From the NCBI GenBank assembly GCA_965153355.1, contig OZ231126.1, positions 21,824,001-21,888,000 on the forward strand: a stretch of DNA of 64,000 bases, in the 5' to 3' direction. Numbering within the stretch: the stretch's first letter is position 1; the number at the start of each line of letters is the position of its first letter. The translations under genes were made by a program, and so were the position numbers. The stretch comes from Flaccisagitta enflata. Taxonomy: Eukaryota. The notes beneath the pieces were generated by a model that had not been told where the DNA came from, did not search any database, and was given only the letters and a program-made list of their open reading frames with translations. Positions 1 through 13,442 of the stretch are shown here, in pieces.

Positions 1-422
1 AAAAGAATCTTTCTCAGCCTCCAAAAACTTCGCTATTCTAATGACTAAAGAAAAACCATAATAACCTTGCGAATAAGCAAGTATGAACGAATATATTTAG
101 AAATCATTCAATTTCTTAGCAGGGTTTTGTTTTGTCAGAAGGGATGAAAAAATTTTCGTTGTTAGTTGGATTGGTAAAATCTTGCTGGCCTGGGTCTTGC
201 AGAGGATACACGTCGGCGGCCTTGAAGCCTAGACCATCAACTGGGTGGAGGCCCCTGGCCCGGCTATATTTGGTCAACGCTACGCAAGGGAGCTGAGATC
301 TATCTTTGCTTAAGCACTCTTACACAGAGGAAAATATCGCAGCCCCAATTCCATAATCAGGCAAGGTATATGTGGAGGGGATTGCAAATGCCGCCCCTTA
401 AAAATGAGCAGTTTGTTCACTA

Positions 423-809
423 CAGACGGGCCACTAATTTAGCGTGTGGAGGCACATAAAGTTTTAGCCCCACCCCATACAGCTCAAACCCAATAACCAA
501 TTTTTTTACTTGGAAGTGTTCTGGATACCTTGGGGCAATACAAATGGCGCCACCGTGGCGATTTTGGAGTTTCCACTTTTACACCCCCAATTTTGCGATT
601 TTTCTCCCACGGGGGTGGTTCAGGGGTGGGAAAAAAGTGGTCATTTGGAGGGGTTAAAAGTGGAAACTCAAAAATCGCCATGGTGGCGCCATTTGTATTG
701 TCCCAAGGTATCTTAAGTTGTTCCCAGTGTAAAGATTGGTTAATGGGTTTGAGCTTTAGGGGTAGGGCTAAAAAATGTGCCTCCACACGCTAAATTAGTG
801 GTCCTTCTG
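423..809. mobile_element. Fold-back MITE, Tc1/mariner-type (TA TSD)
   Basis: The left end TA|CAGACGGGCCACTAATTTAGCGTGTGGAGGCACAT is inverted at the right end ATGTGCCTCCACACGCTAAATTAGTGGTCCTTCTG|TA. The interior (525-580 vs 655-712) is also inverted. Confidence 0.85.
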
Positions 810-1020
810 TATAGACACAAGGAGAAGAGACTTAAGTCTAAATTCAGGGAAGGGAATAATAGCCTACAAATTAAACAAAAGTGCGGCAGCTTTTGTCGGA
901 TTTTTCATGCCACACAGCAGCTTGACGGAATCGGCACCTCTGTTTTGTTATCCTTGTTGTTATTTTTGTCTCTTTTTTTTTTCGTTGTTATTTCATTTCC
1001 CCTGTTAAGCAGTCGTTTTT

Positions 1021-1530
1021 GGGCACATATAGGAGATTTTCTCCTCCTCCTTCTCCTTCTCCTTCTCTTCCTCCTCCATCCCCCTCCCACACCTGGGGGC
1101 TCCAAACCCAGCCTCCAGGTCCTAATCCTAGCCTTGAGGCTTGTATTCAACCTCGAGGCTCAAATTGCGACCTTGAGGCTCCAATCCCAGCCTTGAGGCT
1201 CCAATCCCAGCCTCAGGGCTCACACTCCAGCTTTGAAGCATTCCCAGCCTTGATGCCCCAATCCCAGCATATGGCCTCTAATCCCCCTCCTGGCTCCAAT
1301 TCCAGCCTTGAGGCTGGGACCTTTGCCATGAGGCTCTATCCCCAGCCAAGAGGCTCCAATCCATGCCTGATGGTTCCACGTGGCTCAAATCCCAGCTCCA
1401 ATGCTCAAATCTTAGCCCAGCATAGGTCATTGGCTCCTTTGGGGCCGCTGCCCCTCTCACTTTCACATCTTACATATACTAACTTAGGGGCAACGGGTAC
1501 CGCTGACCATCTGACGCTTTTGCGACTATT
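1021..1530 (+). mobile_element. HINE-like element, family A1 (deletion near 5' end)
   Basis: 20-bp internal repeats (CCTTGAGGCTCCAATCCCAG), a 3' subterminal IR GGGGCCGCTGCCC and the tail GGGTACCGCTGACCATCTGACGCTTTTGCGACTATT, as in the full copy at 52876-53415. Confidence 0.8.
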
Positions 1531-1658
1531 GTGGTTGTTGCCGTTGTTTGGATCATTGAGGGAAACTGGAGCCCATTACGACATCATCTAGAAGGGGAAT
1601 CTCAGAGAAGAAGTGGACTCCTTGAAAGGTAAAGGATGTTATGACCCGCTGAGGGCAA

Positions 1659-1827
<169 letters not shown>

Positions 1828-2263
1828 CAAAGCCTCTGTTGGTCTCTGTCACAGAGGCACACAGACAAAGACATTACAAAAGTGAGACCTAAATAGAGAG
1901 AGCAACCGATGGCGACAAAAACAAAAAATGATAATGAGAGGATGCAGATAGAATGACAAATATTTGGACAGATATTCCGACAGCGAGACATTCAGACAAG
2001 AACGGACTAAGTCAAAGATAGACTGACAAAAGCAAACAATCACACTCCACGATTGGATGGGAATCAAATCCGGGAAGTAAACCGTTGAGGTAAACACGAT
2101 AAATTGTTAAACAGATCTACGTAACTCAACATCGTCGGTCAACAATTCACACCCGAGGAAAGGATGGAAGAACATCCGTCACCTCAGTGCTTTACTTTGT
2201 CTGAGCCGAGCTTTAGTGGGATTGCCCCCGTGCGCCTTTGCCAGAGTGAGGGATATACGATTA

Positions 2264-2590
2264 CCATATTTTTTTATTTGGCGCCCTGGGCGCTTATGAA
2301 ATTAAAAAAAGAAATTACCATTTTATCCTCAAATTAGCGCCCCTTTCGATTTGTATCCGAGGTTTTTCATAATTAATGCTACTTACAATATTAAAAATTT
2401 TGACTCAAATACATCAAATTGGCATCAAAGGCATCATTTTGGTTCAAATGCATAAAATTATTTGCTTGGTTTAGATTCATGCCCTGATAAAGAACAAGAT
2501 TATTTGCTTCTTCTCTCAGATCATTGTTCTGAGGAGCAAAAAAGAGGGGGGCGTTAATTGGAGGGGGGCGATAAATGAAAAAAAATACGG
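2264..2590. mobile_element. pogo/Tigger-like MITE (TA TSD)
   Basis: Ends are TA|CCATATTT ... AAATACGG|TA. It shares the GCGCCC(T/C)GGGCGC and GGGGGGCGATAAATG blocks with the oppositely oriented copy at 46456-46791. Confidence 0.7.
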
Positions 2591-2955
2591 TAAGCAGTGT
2601 AGACTTCACTTAGAAGTGAACATAAGAAGAATTTGGATGAAGCAGTCAAAGGATCTTTTACTAGTGATATGAGTGAAAGTATAAAAAAAAGAAAAAAAGA
2701 AGAAACAACTCAGCATTTCCCAGATTCAGTTTTTCATCTGTATCATTCAAGAATTTTGAAAAGGATACAATATGAATTGGTACGCCATTGCAGTCCCCTT
2801 GAAATAGTTAGTTTACTCCTCCTAAACACGCTAAATGTAGATAGCCATTATATATAAATATTTGATGGTTGTTCAGCACAATCTATGAAATTTTCATGAT
2901 AAATCAGCCGTAACCATTTTCGTATTGACTGAAAGTCGGAGCTTCTCATAATGTA

Positions 2956-3185
2956 ACGGGTGGTCAAAAAAAAAGTGACCAAGCTAGAATTTTCACCAAT
3001 AGATTTTGAATTTTTTTTGCAAGTTAATATTTTAAAAATGAAATATAGTATATAAAAAAAATAAATTTTTTTGATTTTTTCAAACAAAGAACTATATAAA
3101 TAGAAAAAAGTAAAATGTTTGCATAGATCAGTAATAACATAGATATCACCTAATTTTAAAAAACACTTTTTTTTTGACCACCCGT
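2956..3185. mobile_element. TIR MITE (TA TSD)
   Basis: TA|ACGGGTGGTCAAAAAAAAAGTG ... CACTTTTTTTTTGACCACCCGT|TA. Confidence 0.8.
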
Positions 3186-3482
3186 TATGAAGCGAGATCA
3201 TGGTGCAGACAGGTGTACTTTGCACAGGGTGCCCATCAGCTTATCTTGCTCTTTAACACTCTGGTATTTCCGACGCGGCAGAAGCTCAAGTTTAAGACGA
3301 GTGTCGGTCATGCGCAACTTCGTGAATTAGACAGTGAAGTTTTAATAAAACTGATAGTGAAACAAACTGCATAAAATTATATCATAAAAGGTTTCTTTTG
3401 ACTGTCCACCCGTCCAAGGGTTATCAAGCTACCTCACTGTCGATCCTGTCTTAAAGTATCTGTTCTTTGGACGTAAATTCTA

Positions 3483-4069
3483 CAGGGTGTTTCACGCGTT
3501 TTGAGGTATTCTAAAACGACATAACTCTGCTTATAGTAACTTTTTTTGACTTCTGAAAAGAGATCTAAAAAGATCAAGATCTGCAGATTTCACATGTAAA
3601 ATCTCATGATATTGCGATAATTTTTGAAGCGACCATGTACATTTAAAGTAGAATAATGATTTCAGACTGTGCTATTTTTTTTTTCTTTTCTATCAATGGT
3701 AAAAATGGTAAAAACCATTCATCTTGGAAAAGATGATGTTTTTACATTTTGCATTTTACATTTTAAAAACTACATGATTAAAGCGTTAAAGGAATAAAAC
3801 CAGGTTCTGTAGCTAACAAAAACAAATTTTTGGTGATTGAGTTTTGTGTCATTGAAAAATTTTATGAAAATTTTATGACAGGCACTATAAAATCACATAC
3901 AGACTTCAAAACCATAGAGTTGCTTCAAAAATCAACCTAACAGCATGAAATTTTGCATGCAAAAACTGCAGATCATGATCTTTCTAGATCTTTCTTCAAA
4001 AGTTAAAAAAAAATACTAGAAGCAGAGATATGTGGTTTAAAAATACCTCAAAACGCATGAAACACCCTG
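3483..4069. mobile_element. Tc1/mariner-type MITE (TA TSD)
   Basis: TA|CAGGGTGTTTCACGCGTTTTGAGGTATT ... AATACCTCAAAACGCATGAAACACCCTG|TA, with imperfect TIRs extending more than 100 bp. Confidence 0.88.
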
Positions 4070-4101
4070 TATCTGATTTTTGTCGCCTTCTTGCGTTTGT
4101 C

Positions 4102-4227
4102 GCACCATTTGAATTCAAACCTCCTTCCTTGAACTTGGAATGTATGTTGCATTGATACAGCTCAGCACCATTTGAATTCAAAGCTCCTTCGTTGAAATTG
4201 GAATGTATGTTGCATTGATACAGCTCA
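4102..4227. repeat. ~63-bp direct tandem duplication
   Basis: GCACCATTTGAATTCAAA...GTATGTTGCATTGATACAGCTCA occurs twice, adjacent. Confidence 0.85.
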
Positions 4228-4371
4228 ACGTATCATTACATAAATGTAACAACGTTGAAAGTTACTGTTTAAATTACATTCATGTAACGACGCCAAATCA
4301 ATCTGCTCACCTTTATGCATAAAGGCACGTGCACAGACGCTTCCCCTTCCACATCATCTAGAAACGCGAGG

Positions 4372-4428
<57 letters not shown>

Positions 4429-5431
4429 TTTCTCCTTTGGCTCGCAGGGAATCGTTTCTCATTAGCGGCTCGGTGCTTGGAAAGGGGCTTATGGCTGTCG
4501 GCCCATGGATTCCGCCCCAACGGCCAGGGCCTCATGGCTCCGCGGGGAGACATTAGTCGCTGTTCCAGGATACTTTATGACGATTGAGGAAGGGGAGAGA
4601 GAAAAAAATGAGAGCAAAGGAAAGGAAAAGCGAAGAAGGGGAATGGGGTAAAGCGTGGAGAAAAGAACGGGAGAAAAAGGCGGCATAAAGGATAGTTAAG
4701 AAAGAAATGGATATAAGAAGAAGAAGAAGAAGTTGGGGCAAGGAGAGAACGGAATACTCTTGAGAATGGCAGATGGCGTGAAATAGATAGGGTGAAAACA
4801 GAAAGAAGAAAAGGGAGGATGGGGCAGTCATGTAAAAGTTATAACAGAGATAGAAAAAAGATAAGTTCAAAACAGAATGCAAATCACAATGGATTGAAAA
4901 CCAGTATACAAGTGCAAAAACATGCTTCCACATATTGAAAAAAAAAACAGAAAACACATGCTATTTTCCTGGTAACCACATGTCTAGTCCCACCATCCCC
5001 TCTCCCCAATTCCTATACAGATTTCTTTTTTTTTTCTTTTTGCCTTTCCTCTTTCTCATTCCAAGTTCGTGCGATCATTCACTGGCCCCAATACCCTTTT
5101 GCCAATTTATCCTTTTCCAATTTACTCGGAGTTTCCTTTCTTGCGGCTTTTTTCCTTTCTTTTCTCTTTCTTTTATTTTACATGTACCTCCTTCTCTGTC
5201 ATCATTTCTGTCTTTTTCTTTTGTTTTTTTGTTTTTTTTTCTTTCTTTCCTCGTCTTTTCGGTAACCTCCTCATCTTTTTCCTTTTCCTTTTCTTTTTCT
5301 CTTTTTTTCTTTTTCGTTTTCTTTTTCTTTTTCATTTCTTCATCTTCTTCTTCTTTTTATCTTTTTATTTCCTTTTCATTATTTTTTTCCTCTCCCTTCT
5401 TCTTCTTCGTCTCCCGCTTTGGACAGTTTTT

Positions 5432-5625
5432 AGTCGCGTGCACGCGACTCTACAACCCGCTTTGTCCGTCGGTCGATCGGTCGGTCGGTCACATTTCACT
5501 TTTTTTATGATTTTATTTCTCTAAAATCTCTGACCTCACTGCTCCTACTAAAATTGTCGAGTGACCTCAAATATGGCCCCTGCCCACCCGCACACGGCTT
5601 CAGTAGCCGTGTATCCGGCCTTGTT
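5432..5625 (+). mobile_element. HINE/DINE-1-like element, family B
   Basis: A T-run, the 5' palindrome AGTCGCGTGCACGCGACT, a GTCG microsatellite and the 3' end AGCCGTGTATCCGGCCTTGTT. Confidence 0.8.
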
Positions 5626-6068
5626 TTCATCTCCCTCATCCTGTACAATCTTCACATTCCCCCACCTCGTCACGATTCTCCTCTTTTTTTTTCTCCCTTC
5701 TGGGCAGCGTCCTTCAAAGCAAAGAATTCCCATAGAGGATTTTCCTCCATCTGTTAACGGGACTTAGCTTGAATCTCAGAGCCACCCAACCAGTTACCAT
5801 ATTTCGTTTGAGAGCCGATATTCGTCTGAAAAGCTTATGAAATGTGCAACAAATGTTAGATGTCTTATCTTACATGTCTTACATGTCTTATGCCTTATGT
5901 CTTATGTTACATGTCTATCTTGACTAGAAACGACCTGACCTTTATGTGATGCACTACTTTTTCTAGACATTTTGCCTTTTGATCGATTTGTTCATTTGTT
6001 CATTTCCTTCCCTAATGACACCTTATCCATAAACTACACATTCAATTATTAGTATCTTTTATTCAACG

Positions 6069-6206
<138 letters not shown>

Positions 6207-7225
6207 GGTTAATGTAGTCGAGGAAAATGTTGAAGGGTTAGGAACGATGAGGGCGGCGACGTTGACGACGACGACGATAATGACGATAATGGCGATACAA
6301 GACGATGATAACGACGGATGACGATGACGAAGAAGGGGATAACGACGGTACCGAAATATCCGTTATTCTCGTAATGGTCTTCGTAATGTTCTGCCAAATG
6401 GTCGGGTTTTTTTTTGCCGGCAATCCTCTCGTCTCCTCCCAGACGCCTTTTTCGCATATACAACTACATTCGGCAAAATGTCATTTCCCTTTTCTTAGGG
6501 ATTGCAGATACTGCATCCAACGACATGCCTTTGCCCTTTCCTTGGGGCATAGTGAAACTATAAACAAAATGCCTTCAACCATTTTCCCAAGGTTTGTTAA
6601 TACTGCACCCAACATCATGGCTTAACCTTTTTATCTGAGAGAGCTAATAACATCTTTATTCATTCTTTGGAGTTTGCTAATACTGTTGAACCACGCAAAT
6701 GTCAAGGGGCCAGCAAATTTTATCTGTTGATGCGCATTTTTGTTAATGCCATTTTAGGAAATAAAACGAAACGACATGAAGGGACCAAGATAATGTACTC
6801 ATTGTAGGTGGATTTCCGTTGTAACGGGGTGTAGCTGTACAGCCAGTACTAAAAACGAGATGTCTCTCCTTTTTCTTAGGGTTTGTAAATACTACATCAT
6901 GTCACGTTGTACCCACATAGTGTAATACCGGCATGCGCTTGTGGGTATAACGTGGTAAGCCTCATTTTATGTAGCACGCTCGTAGTGGAATACTAGCGTG
7001 CATGATTGGACCGATTGTGTGGAGGCTCATGTCATTTAATACGCACATAGTGTATAATACTGGCGTGCACGCGTGCGCAGAGTGTAGTGAGGCAATTTGG
7101 GAACCAACGACGCCAGCGACTCCTTCTTGCCACGCCTTACGCCATAAATCTCGCGAATGGCGACTTTCTCCATTCGAAGATAATGGAACCTGGATCCTAA
7201 ATGTTCGCCGCCGCCGCCGTTAGGA

Positions 7226-7344
<119 letters not shown>

Positions 7345-7950
7345 CGAAGAGGAAAGCCGACTTAGTTGCCGAGAGAAGCGGCCATACGAATGGCTCCTTC
7401 AAATAGTCAGGCCTAATGAATTCGGCGGCCTTTAGAGCTTCCAGAATCCGATGTTGGCGGCGTCACTGCCAAAAGAAGAGAAACGAGGAAGGATGGAGGA
7501 GAGGGAGGAAAGAAGAGAAATGAGGAAGGAAAATAAAAAGAAGGAAGGCGGAGTGGGAGGAAAGAAGTGAAACGAGGAAGGAAAATAAGAAGAAGGAAGG
7601 CGGAGAGGGAGGAAAGAAGTGAAACAAGGAAGGAAAATAAGAAGAAGGAAGGCGGAGAGGGAGGAAAGAAGTGAAACGAGGAAGGAAAATAAGAGATAGG
7701 AAGAAGGAGAGGGAGGAAAGAAGTGAAACGAGGAAGGAAAATAAGAGATAGGAAGAAGGAGAGGGAGGAAAGAAGTGAAACGAGGAAGGAAAATAAGAGG
7801 AAGGAAGGCGGAGAAGGAGGAAAGAGGAAAAATGAGAGAGTGAAATCAGAGGAAGGAAGGAGGGGAGGGAGGAAAGAAGTGAAACAAGGAAGGAAAATAA
7901 GAGGAGGGAAGGAGGAGAGGGAGGAAAGAAGTGAAACGAGGAGGGAAAAT

Positions 7951-8486
7951 AACAAGTCATCTAAGGATCGCAAATGGTCAGCGGTACCCAATGCCCTGCT
8001 TGAAGTGATTAGCGGCAGAATTGGAGTAAGAGCAGGGCAGCGGCCTCAAAGGGCCAATGTCCTGTAGGACACAGGGGTGAATTTACAAACATCCTGAGAG
8101 GGCATATTTGAGGCCTTGGTAGCAACTTTCCATGTTATTCAATAGGAATTTTTCATTTTTTCAATTTGTCGTGAATTTACCATGATATTAAATGGGAATT
8201 TTACATTTTTCTCAATTTTCATTAATTTTCTATGTTATTCAATGGGAATCATGCAATTTTTCACTTTTTTGTAAATTTTCTATGTTATTCAATGGGAAGT
8301 TTGTATTTTGTCAATTTCCCATGTTATTCAATGGGAATTTGAGGCTTGAAAAGCTTTGAGGGGGACGTACATACGTACGGACGAACAGACAGACGGACAG
8401 ATGGACGGATGGATGGACATACGGACATCTGGAAATTCACCCCTGTGTCCTTCAGGACATCGTCCCTTTGGGGCCGCTGCCCAAAA
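7951..8486 (-). mobile_element. HINE-like element, family A3 (50-bp internal repeat subtype)
   Basis: Reverse complement of the A3 ends (GGGCAGCGGCCCCAAAGGG..ATGTCCTG.AGGACACAGGGG and GGGTACCGCTGACCAT.TGCGATCCTTAGATGACTTGTT). The motif (C/T)ATG(T/A)TATT(C/A)AAT(A/G)GGAA recurs at 8131, 8181, 8231 and 8281. Sister copy at 53536-54057. Confidence 0.82.
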
Positions 8487-9067
8487 GGAAGGAAGAAGGA
8501 AAAGTAGGAATGAGGTGAAACAAGGAAGGAAAGTAAGAAGAAGGAAGGAGGAGCAAGAAGAAAGAATTGGAACGAAGGAAAATCAGAGAAAAGAAGGAGG
8601 AGAGGGAGGGAAGAAGTGAAACGAGGAGGTAAAATCAAAAGAAGGAAGAAGGAGAAGTAGGAAAGAAGAGAAACTAGGAAGGAAAATAAGAGATAGGAAG
8701 AAGGAGAGGGAGGAAAGAAGTGAAACAAGGAAGGAAAATAACAGGAAGGAGGGAGGAGAGGGAGGAAAGAAGTGAAACGAGGAAGGAAAATAAGAGGAAG
8801 GAAGGCGGAGAAGGAAGAAAGAAGAAAAATGAGGGAGGTAAATAAGAGGAAGGAAGGAGGAGAGGGAGGAAAGAAGAGAAACGAGGAACGAAAATAAGAG
8901 GAAGGAAGGCGGAGAAGGAGGAAAGAGGAAATATGAGGGAGTAAAATAAGAGGAAGGAAGGAGGAGCGAGAAGAAAGAAGTGAAACAGAGAAGGAAATTA
9001 AGAGGAAGGAAGGAGGACCGAGAAGAAAGAAGTGAAACAGAGAAGGAAATTAAGAGGAAGGAAGGTA

Positions 9068-9668
9068 CTATCTTGCTCAAATTAAGAGTCCTCATAGTAG
9101 AATTTAGACATTTATTCTTAAATATTGATTGACAAAATTTGTTTTCTCATGACAAAAGTTTATTTTAGTATATTTTGGCATCAACTCCAGCTTTCATAGT
9201 AATTGTTGTAGTGTCATATGACTGCATCATTGATTTGCAAGTGACATGTTTCTCAACTTTTTTATCAGATTTTGCCACTCTGAATTTATGGGGAAGACTG
9301 CACTGATTCTGTTGTAAAATCTAAACAATTTGAGCAAATGAGCTCTGCTTGGTGGCAAATGAAAGATCTTTCGAAGCTCTTTACAACGGTCACTGATTTT
9401 CCTATGTTTCTATGATTGGTATATGCAGGACATATCAAAATGCAACTGCTAGAATTTAAAAAAAAGATTTTTACCTTGTTAATCAAGATGAATCATTTTA
9501 CTCTTTCTACTGTAAAATCTAAACGGATAGAGCTACGAAATTCTGCTTGCTGGCATTTGATCGCATTTTCGCAGAGCTTTCTAATGGTCACTGATTTTCA
9601 TATGTTTTAAAGAATGATTTCCCCACAATTTAAGAAAACATGGCGGACTCTTATTTTGAGCAAGATAG
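9068..9668. mobile_element. TIR MITE (TA TSD) inside the minisatellite
   Basis: TA|CTATCTTGCTCAAATTAAGAGTCC ... GGACTCTTATTTTGAGCAAGATAG|TA. Confidence 0.85.
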
Positions 9669-10169
9669 TAGAGAGGGAGGAAAGAAGTGAAACGAGGAAG
9701 GGAAATAAAAGGAAGGAGGGAGGAGAGGGAGGAAAGAAGTGAAACAAGGAAGGGAAATAAAAGGAAGGAGGGAGGAGAGGGAGGAAAGAAGTGAAACGAG
9801 AAGAAAGAATTACAGATGAAAGGGTAACATTGGTGGAAAGGCAAGAAGAGTTGGAGGTGAGGGAAGCATATGAAAAACAGAAAGAAAACGAAAAGAAAGT
9901 GTGAAGGTTAAGATAGGAGGGATGCAAGACAATGCAGAGGGAAGGAAGAAGGCGATGGGGAATGAAAAACGAGGATCTAGAAAGGAAGGAAAGTATTGAT
10001 GTTGGTAAGAGGAGATGAAGGAAAGGAAGGAAGGGAGGAAGGAAGGAAAGATGAAATCGAGAAAAAAAAAGAAATGGAAGAAGAATGGAGACATATTGAT
10101 AAAATGGGCAGGAGTCACGAAGAAAAAGATAGAGACGACGAATATAGGAAGAAGGAGCTAGAAAAGTAA

Positions 10170-10400
10170 TAGATACACGGCTACCCAAGTTGCGTGCTGG
10201 TGAGCAGGGGCAGTGATAAAGAGGCTAACCATCAAGGAGCAGCAATTCAATAACCGCCCGTTAACGCCAAAAAAGTAAAAAAGTAATGATTGATGGACCG
10301 ACAGATGAACTGACGAACACACTGACAAACAGACGCATGGATGGGTAGACGGGTGGACGGAAGGACAAACAAAGGTTGTAAAGTCGCGTGCACACAAAAA
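10170..10400 (-). mobile_element. HINE-like family B, degenerate
   Basis: GATACACGGCTAC...GTTGCGTGC at the left end, GTTGTAAAGTCGCGTGCAC at the right end and GACG/GATG repeats between. Confidence 0.65.
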
Positions 10401-10771
10401 AGGCAAGCAGAGAGGAAAGGATAATGGAAGAAAGAATGGAAGGAAACAGCAAAAAAAAAAAAAAAAAAAAAGGAGAAGGAATGAACAGTGGGATGAAAGG
10501 CAGATGGAAAATAAAACACGAAGTGGGAAGGAAGGAAATTAAAATCACTACAGACAAAGGGAGGTAATGAGGAAACTATAATGAAATGAGAAGGTGGATA
10601 ACTAGACATAAGTGTCATACCAAGAGATAAGGTTGAAAGTGACATAACTCTGGTTTCTCTGCCAGTTTTGTACGCTGTGCAAAATGAATTTAATTGTTTG
10701 GCTGAGCGAATTTTGAAACAGCTTCATGTCTTCATGAGTGGGTGGTACAGACCATTATCAGCCTTTTCCAT

Positions 10772-11119
10772 CAGACACAGCAATTTGAAATGAGCTCAAG
10801 CTGAGCTCAATTGCTAAATTCGTTTAAGAGCAACAGTTCTCCAAAATTGAAGTCATTTTCAGCTTTTTAGTTGCGAACACGCAACTCTATAAGAGGCATT
10901 GTCCGTCCGTTGGTCGGTCGGTCGGTCGGTTGGTCGGTCGGTCGGTCCGTGGTGATCGAGTTGAAAAGTGGGAAAACGCGCATTTCTGCCCCTGCCCACC
11001 CGTCCGCAACTGATGGCCGTGTATCCGGCCTTGTTTCATCAGAAGACGGTACGCTTATAATTCCCACATGAATTGAGCGATTGAGCTTAACTTGGGCTCA
11101 TTCTAAATATCTGTGTCTG
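10772..11119. mobile_element. Probable degenerate TIR element hosting a family C insertion
   Basis: CAGACACAG..AATGAGCTCAAGCTGAGCTCAAT is roughly inverted at ATTGAGCTTAACTTGGGCTCATT..CTGTGTCTG. No convincing TSD. Confidence 0.5.
10869..11035 (+). mobile_element. HINE/DINE-1-like element, family C
   Basis: TTTTT|AGTTGCGAACACGCAACTCTATAAGAGG, a GTCG microsatellite and the 3' end GTCCGCAACTGATGGCCGTGTATCCGGCCTTGTT. Confidence 0.85.
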
Positions 11120-11394
11120 CTTTATGTGTCCAAAAATGTCCATGGCAAAAACGTTAGAAAAATTTTCGAATATGCAAATAAATGAAGTTACGTTAATGAG
11201 CACAGCTTCTTATCTGAGGGAATGCTTTTTGAGAATTTCAGCCCTTTTAGTTCATTCAGCTCAGTCTCATTATGTTTCAAGTAAAATGAATAAAAAAACA
11301 TGTTGATGCATGTCAGAGTATGCAATGAAAAAAAAGCATATATGAGCATGCTTGCTCATCTAAGTGGGTGATATACAATGTTTAAGTTAACTTA

Positions 11395-11564
11395 TCAGGC
11401 TAGTATATAATTGAGTTCCCCCTCCCCCCCACGGGGAGGGAGATATCAAAGGGTTTAGAGATGGGTAAAAATCAAAGGAGGAAAAAAGAGAAAAAAAAAA
11501 TTCGGGGAAAATTTAACTTTTGACAGTACCAAATCATAAAGACTATTTAAACCTTAACTACACT

Positions 11565-11599
<35 letters not shown>

Positions 11600-11730
11600 T
11601 TTTTGCTTTATGGGGAAAAGAAATTAAGATTTTGAAATGCAACGTGTCGCGTCGCGGGGAATGAAATCAAAGGCAGGGGGCGGGGGAATCAAAAGCGACT
11701 CAATTATAAAATCTATGTACACCCCTAGGT
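11395..11730. mobile_element. Unclassified interspersed repeat (degenerate TIR element)
   Basis: TATAATTGAGT is inverted as ACTCAATTATA near the ends. The blocks CAGTACCAAAT.ATAAA and TCAAAAGCGACTC recur at about 56520-56735. Confidence 0.5.
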
Positions 11731-12998
11731 TAGTTTTCAATCATACAATTGTCCATAGTTTTTAAACGAATATTCAGACAAATAACAATGTTGTATTCGC
11801 TGTCGACGAAAGATTTGATTGAAAATGGTCGATTTTTCCGCTTTTTTTTCACGCGGCGGAAGCTGCCATTACTGGTAGATGACTTTAGACTCTGATATCA
11901 GATACTCTATGACAGCACGTGCTTGCTCGACAAACCGTAAAAGCTTGTACAATTCTTCTTTGCATTGTTTTTAACTTTCTTCAAAGCAAAGGGAAAAAAA
12001 ATTTTGGGCTAAGGGCTTTAGAAGTTCCTGTTTGATAAAACGTTCCGCAAAGTAGAAGTGATGGGTGGAAAAGGAGGAGTAATCGGTCTGATGTGAAATG
12101 GAAAAAAAAAGATAGGGGAAATGAGAAAAGAAAGAAAGGAAGGAAAAATAAAAAGGAGGGAAGGGAGTAAAAAAAAAGAGAAAAATGAAGATTGATAAAA
12201 GCGGGTTCTTTGTCGGAGAAGTCAGTAAAATGAAAAATCGGGAAAAAATCCCATTTGCCAAGAACAAAAGAGGCAGATTAAGAAGGAATAAATGAGACAG
12301 GGGGAAGGAAGGGAAGAGATTAGAGGAACCCACGCCGCGAGAAACAACAAGATAAGTCATGAGAAAGGAGCTGAGAAGGAGAGGGAGAGACGATGAAGAG
12401 GCAGAGAAATGAAAATTAAGAAAGACAGATAAACAGACAAACAGAAAAGAAGATGGACAGACAGAGAGATGTAGCGAGGATCAGAGACAAATACAGACAG
12501 ACCAATGAATACAAGATAATGATAAGGGTGTGGTTCCCTAACAATGTTGCCCTCTGGTGACTTGTTGAATTTTGGTTAAACAGCGTGATTTACCTATATC
12601 TTTTTTTGCTTGGCATCATTGTTTCGGGTTAGACTCAGAATGGATGTTTGCTGAGTTAGTTTTGCTAAATGGAAAGCTAGAAGTGATGCGCGTAGTTAAC
12701 AGTTAATACTTAAAAGTCTGTGAGGGCTCACAGGGCCCTCTTACATATTTTTCGGTTTGGGTATAGTGTGGAATATTGTTCCACTTGTCATAGAAAACCA
12801 GATGCATGGAAAAAAAGAGAAGATGTGATGAGGAAGCTTGAAATAGTCTTTAAGCGAGACTCTGTCCAACAAATCACATTCACATAAAGCTATTTTACCA
12901 CCTGGTAATAGAAATCAATGAAAAAATATACTGCCCAATGAGGACTTCCAACTGTGATTCAAGCTGGCTTACAAGTAAAACAAGAATCTATGTGTGAG

Positions 12999-13079
<81 letters not shown>

Positions 13080-13298
13080 TTTGTGACCCATCTCCTTTTA
13101 ACCAGTCTTGATCTTTGACCTTCGTTGGGGTCGTCTCGCTTTGTCTCGGCTTGCCAGCCGGCAGATTTCATGGTTCAACTGTTTGACGTTGGCAGAACTC
13201 TGCCGCTGCTGCCCCCTAAACTTTTATTCTCGGTTGTAACATCATGGCCGAGAGTCTTAAAACAACCAACCCACCAAATCCGATGGCAATGGAGAGAA

Positions 13299-13442
<144 letters not shown>

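Larger units (their letters stand above)
7480..9810. repeat. Purine-rich ~52-bp minisatellite interrupted by two insertions
   Basis: The unit GAGAGGGAGGAAAGAAGTGAAACGAGGAAGGAAAATAAGAAGAAGGAAGGCG recurs at about 7480-7950, 8490-9065 and 9671-9810. Confidence 0.85.

Noticed and set aside
100..400. Short minus-strand open frames at the window start
   Set aside because: They are too short, have no recognisable motif and cannot be supported without flanking sequence or transcripts.
1019..1591. 190-aa Pro/Ser-rich ORF and similar ORFs at 17620-18073, 28266-28742 and 53083-53581
   Set aside because: They lie within non-coding A1 elements and the reading frames are not conserved between copies.
2115..2243. 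Possible AG..GT-bounded open exon
   Set aside because: The translation resembles nothing I recognise, the polypyrimidine tract is weak and no partner exons are evident.
7480..9810. Regularly spaced repeats resembling a CRISPR array (also 23328-24030 and 8131-8340)
   Set aside because: The units are contiguous degenerate tandem repeats without unique spacers. The context is eukaryotic and there are no cas genes.
10869..11035. Family B/C elements as SINEs
   Set aside because: There are no Pol III A/B boxes, no A-rich tail and no TSD. The hairpin and subterminal-IR layout fits HINE/DINE-1 better.
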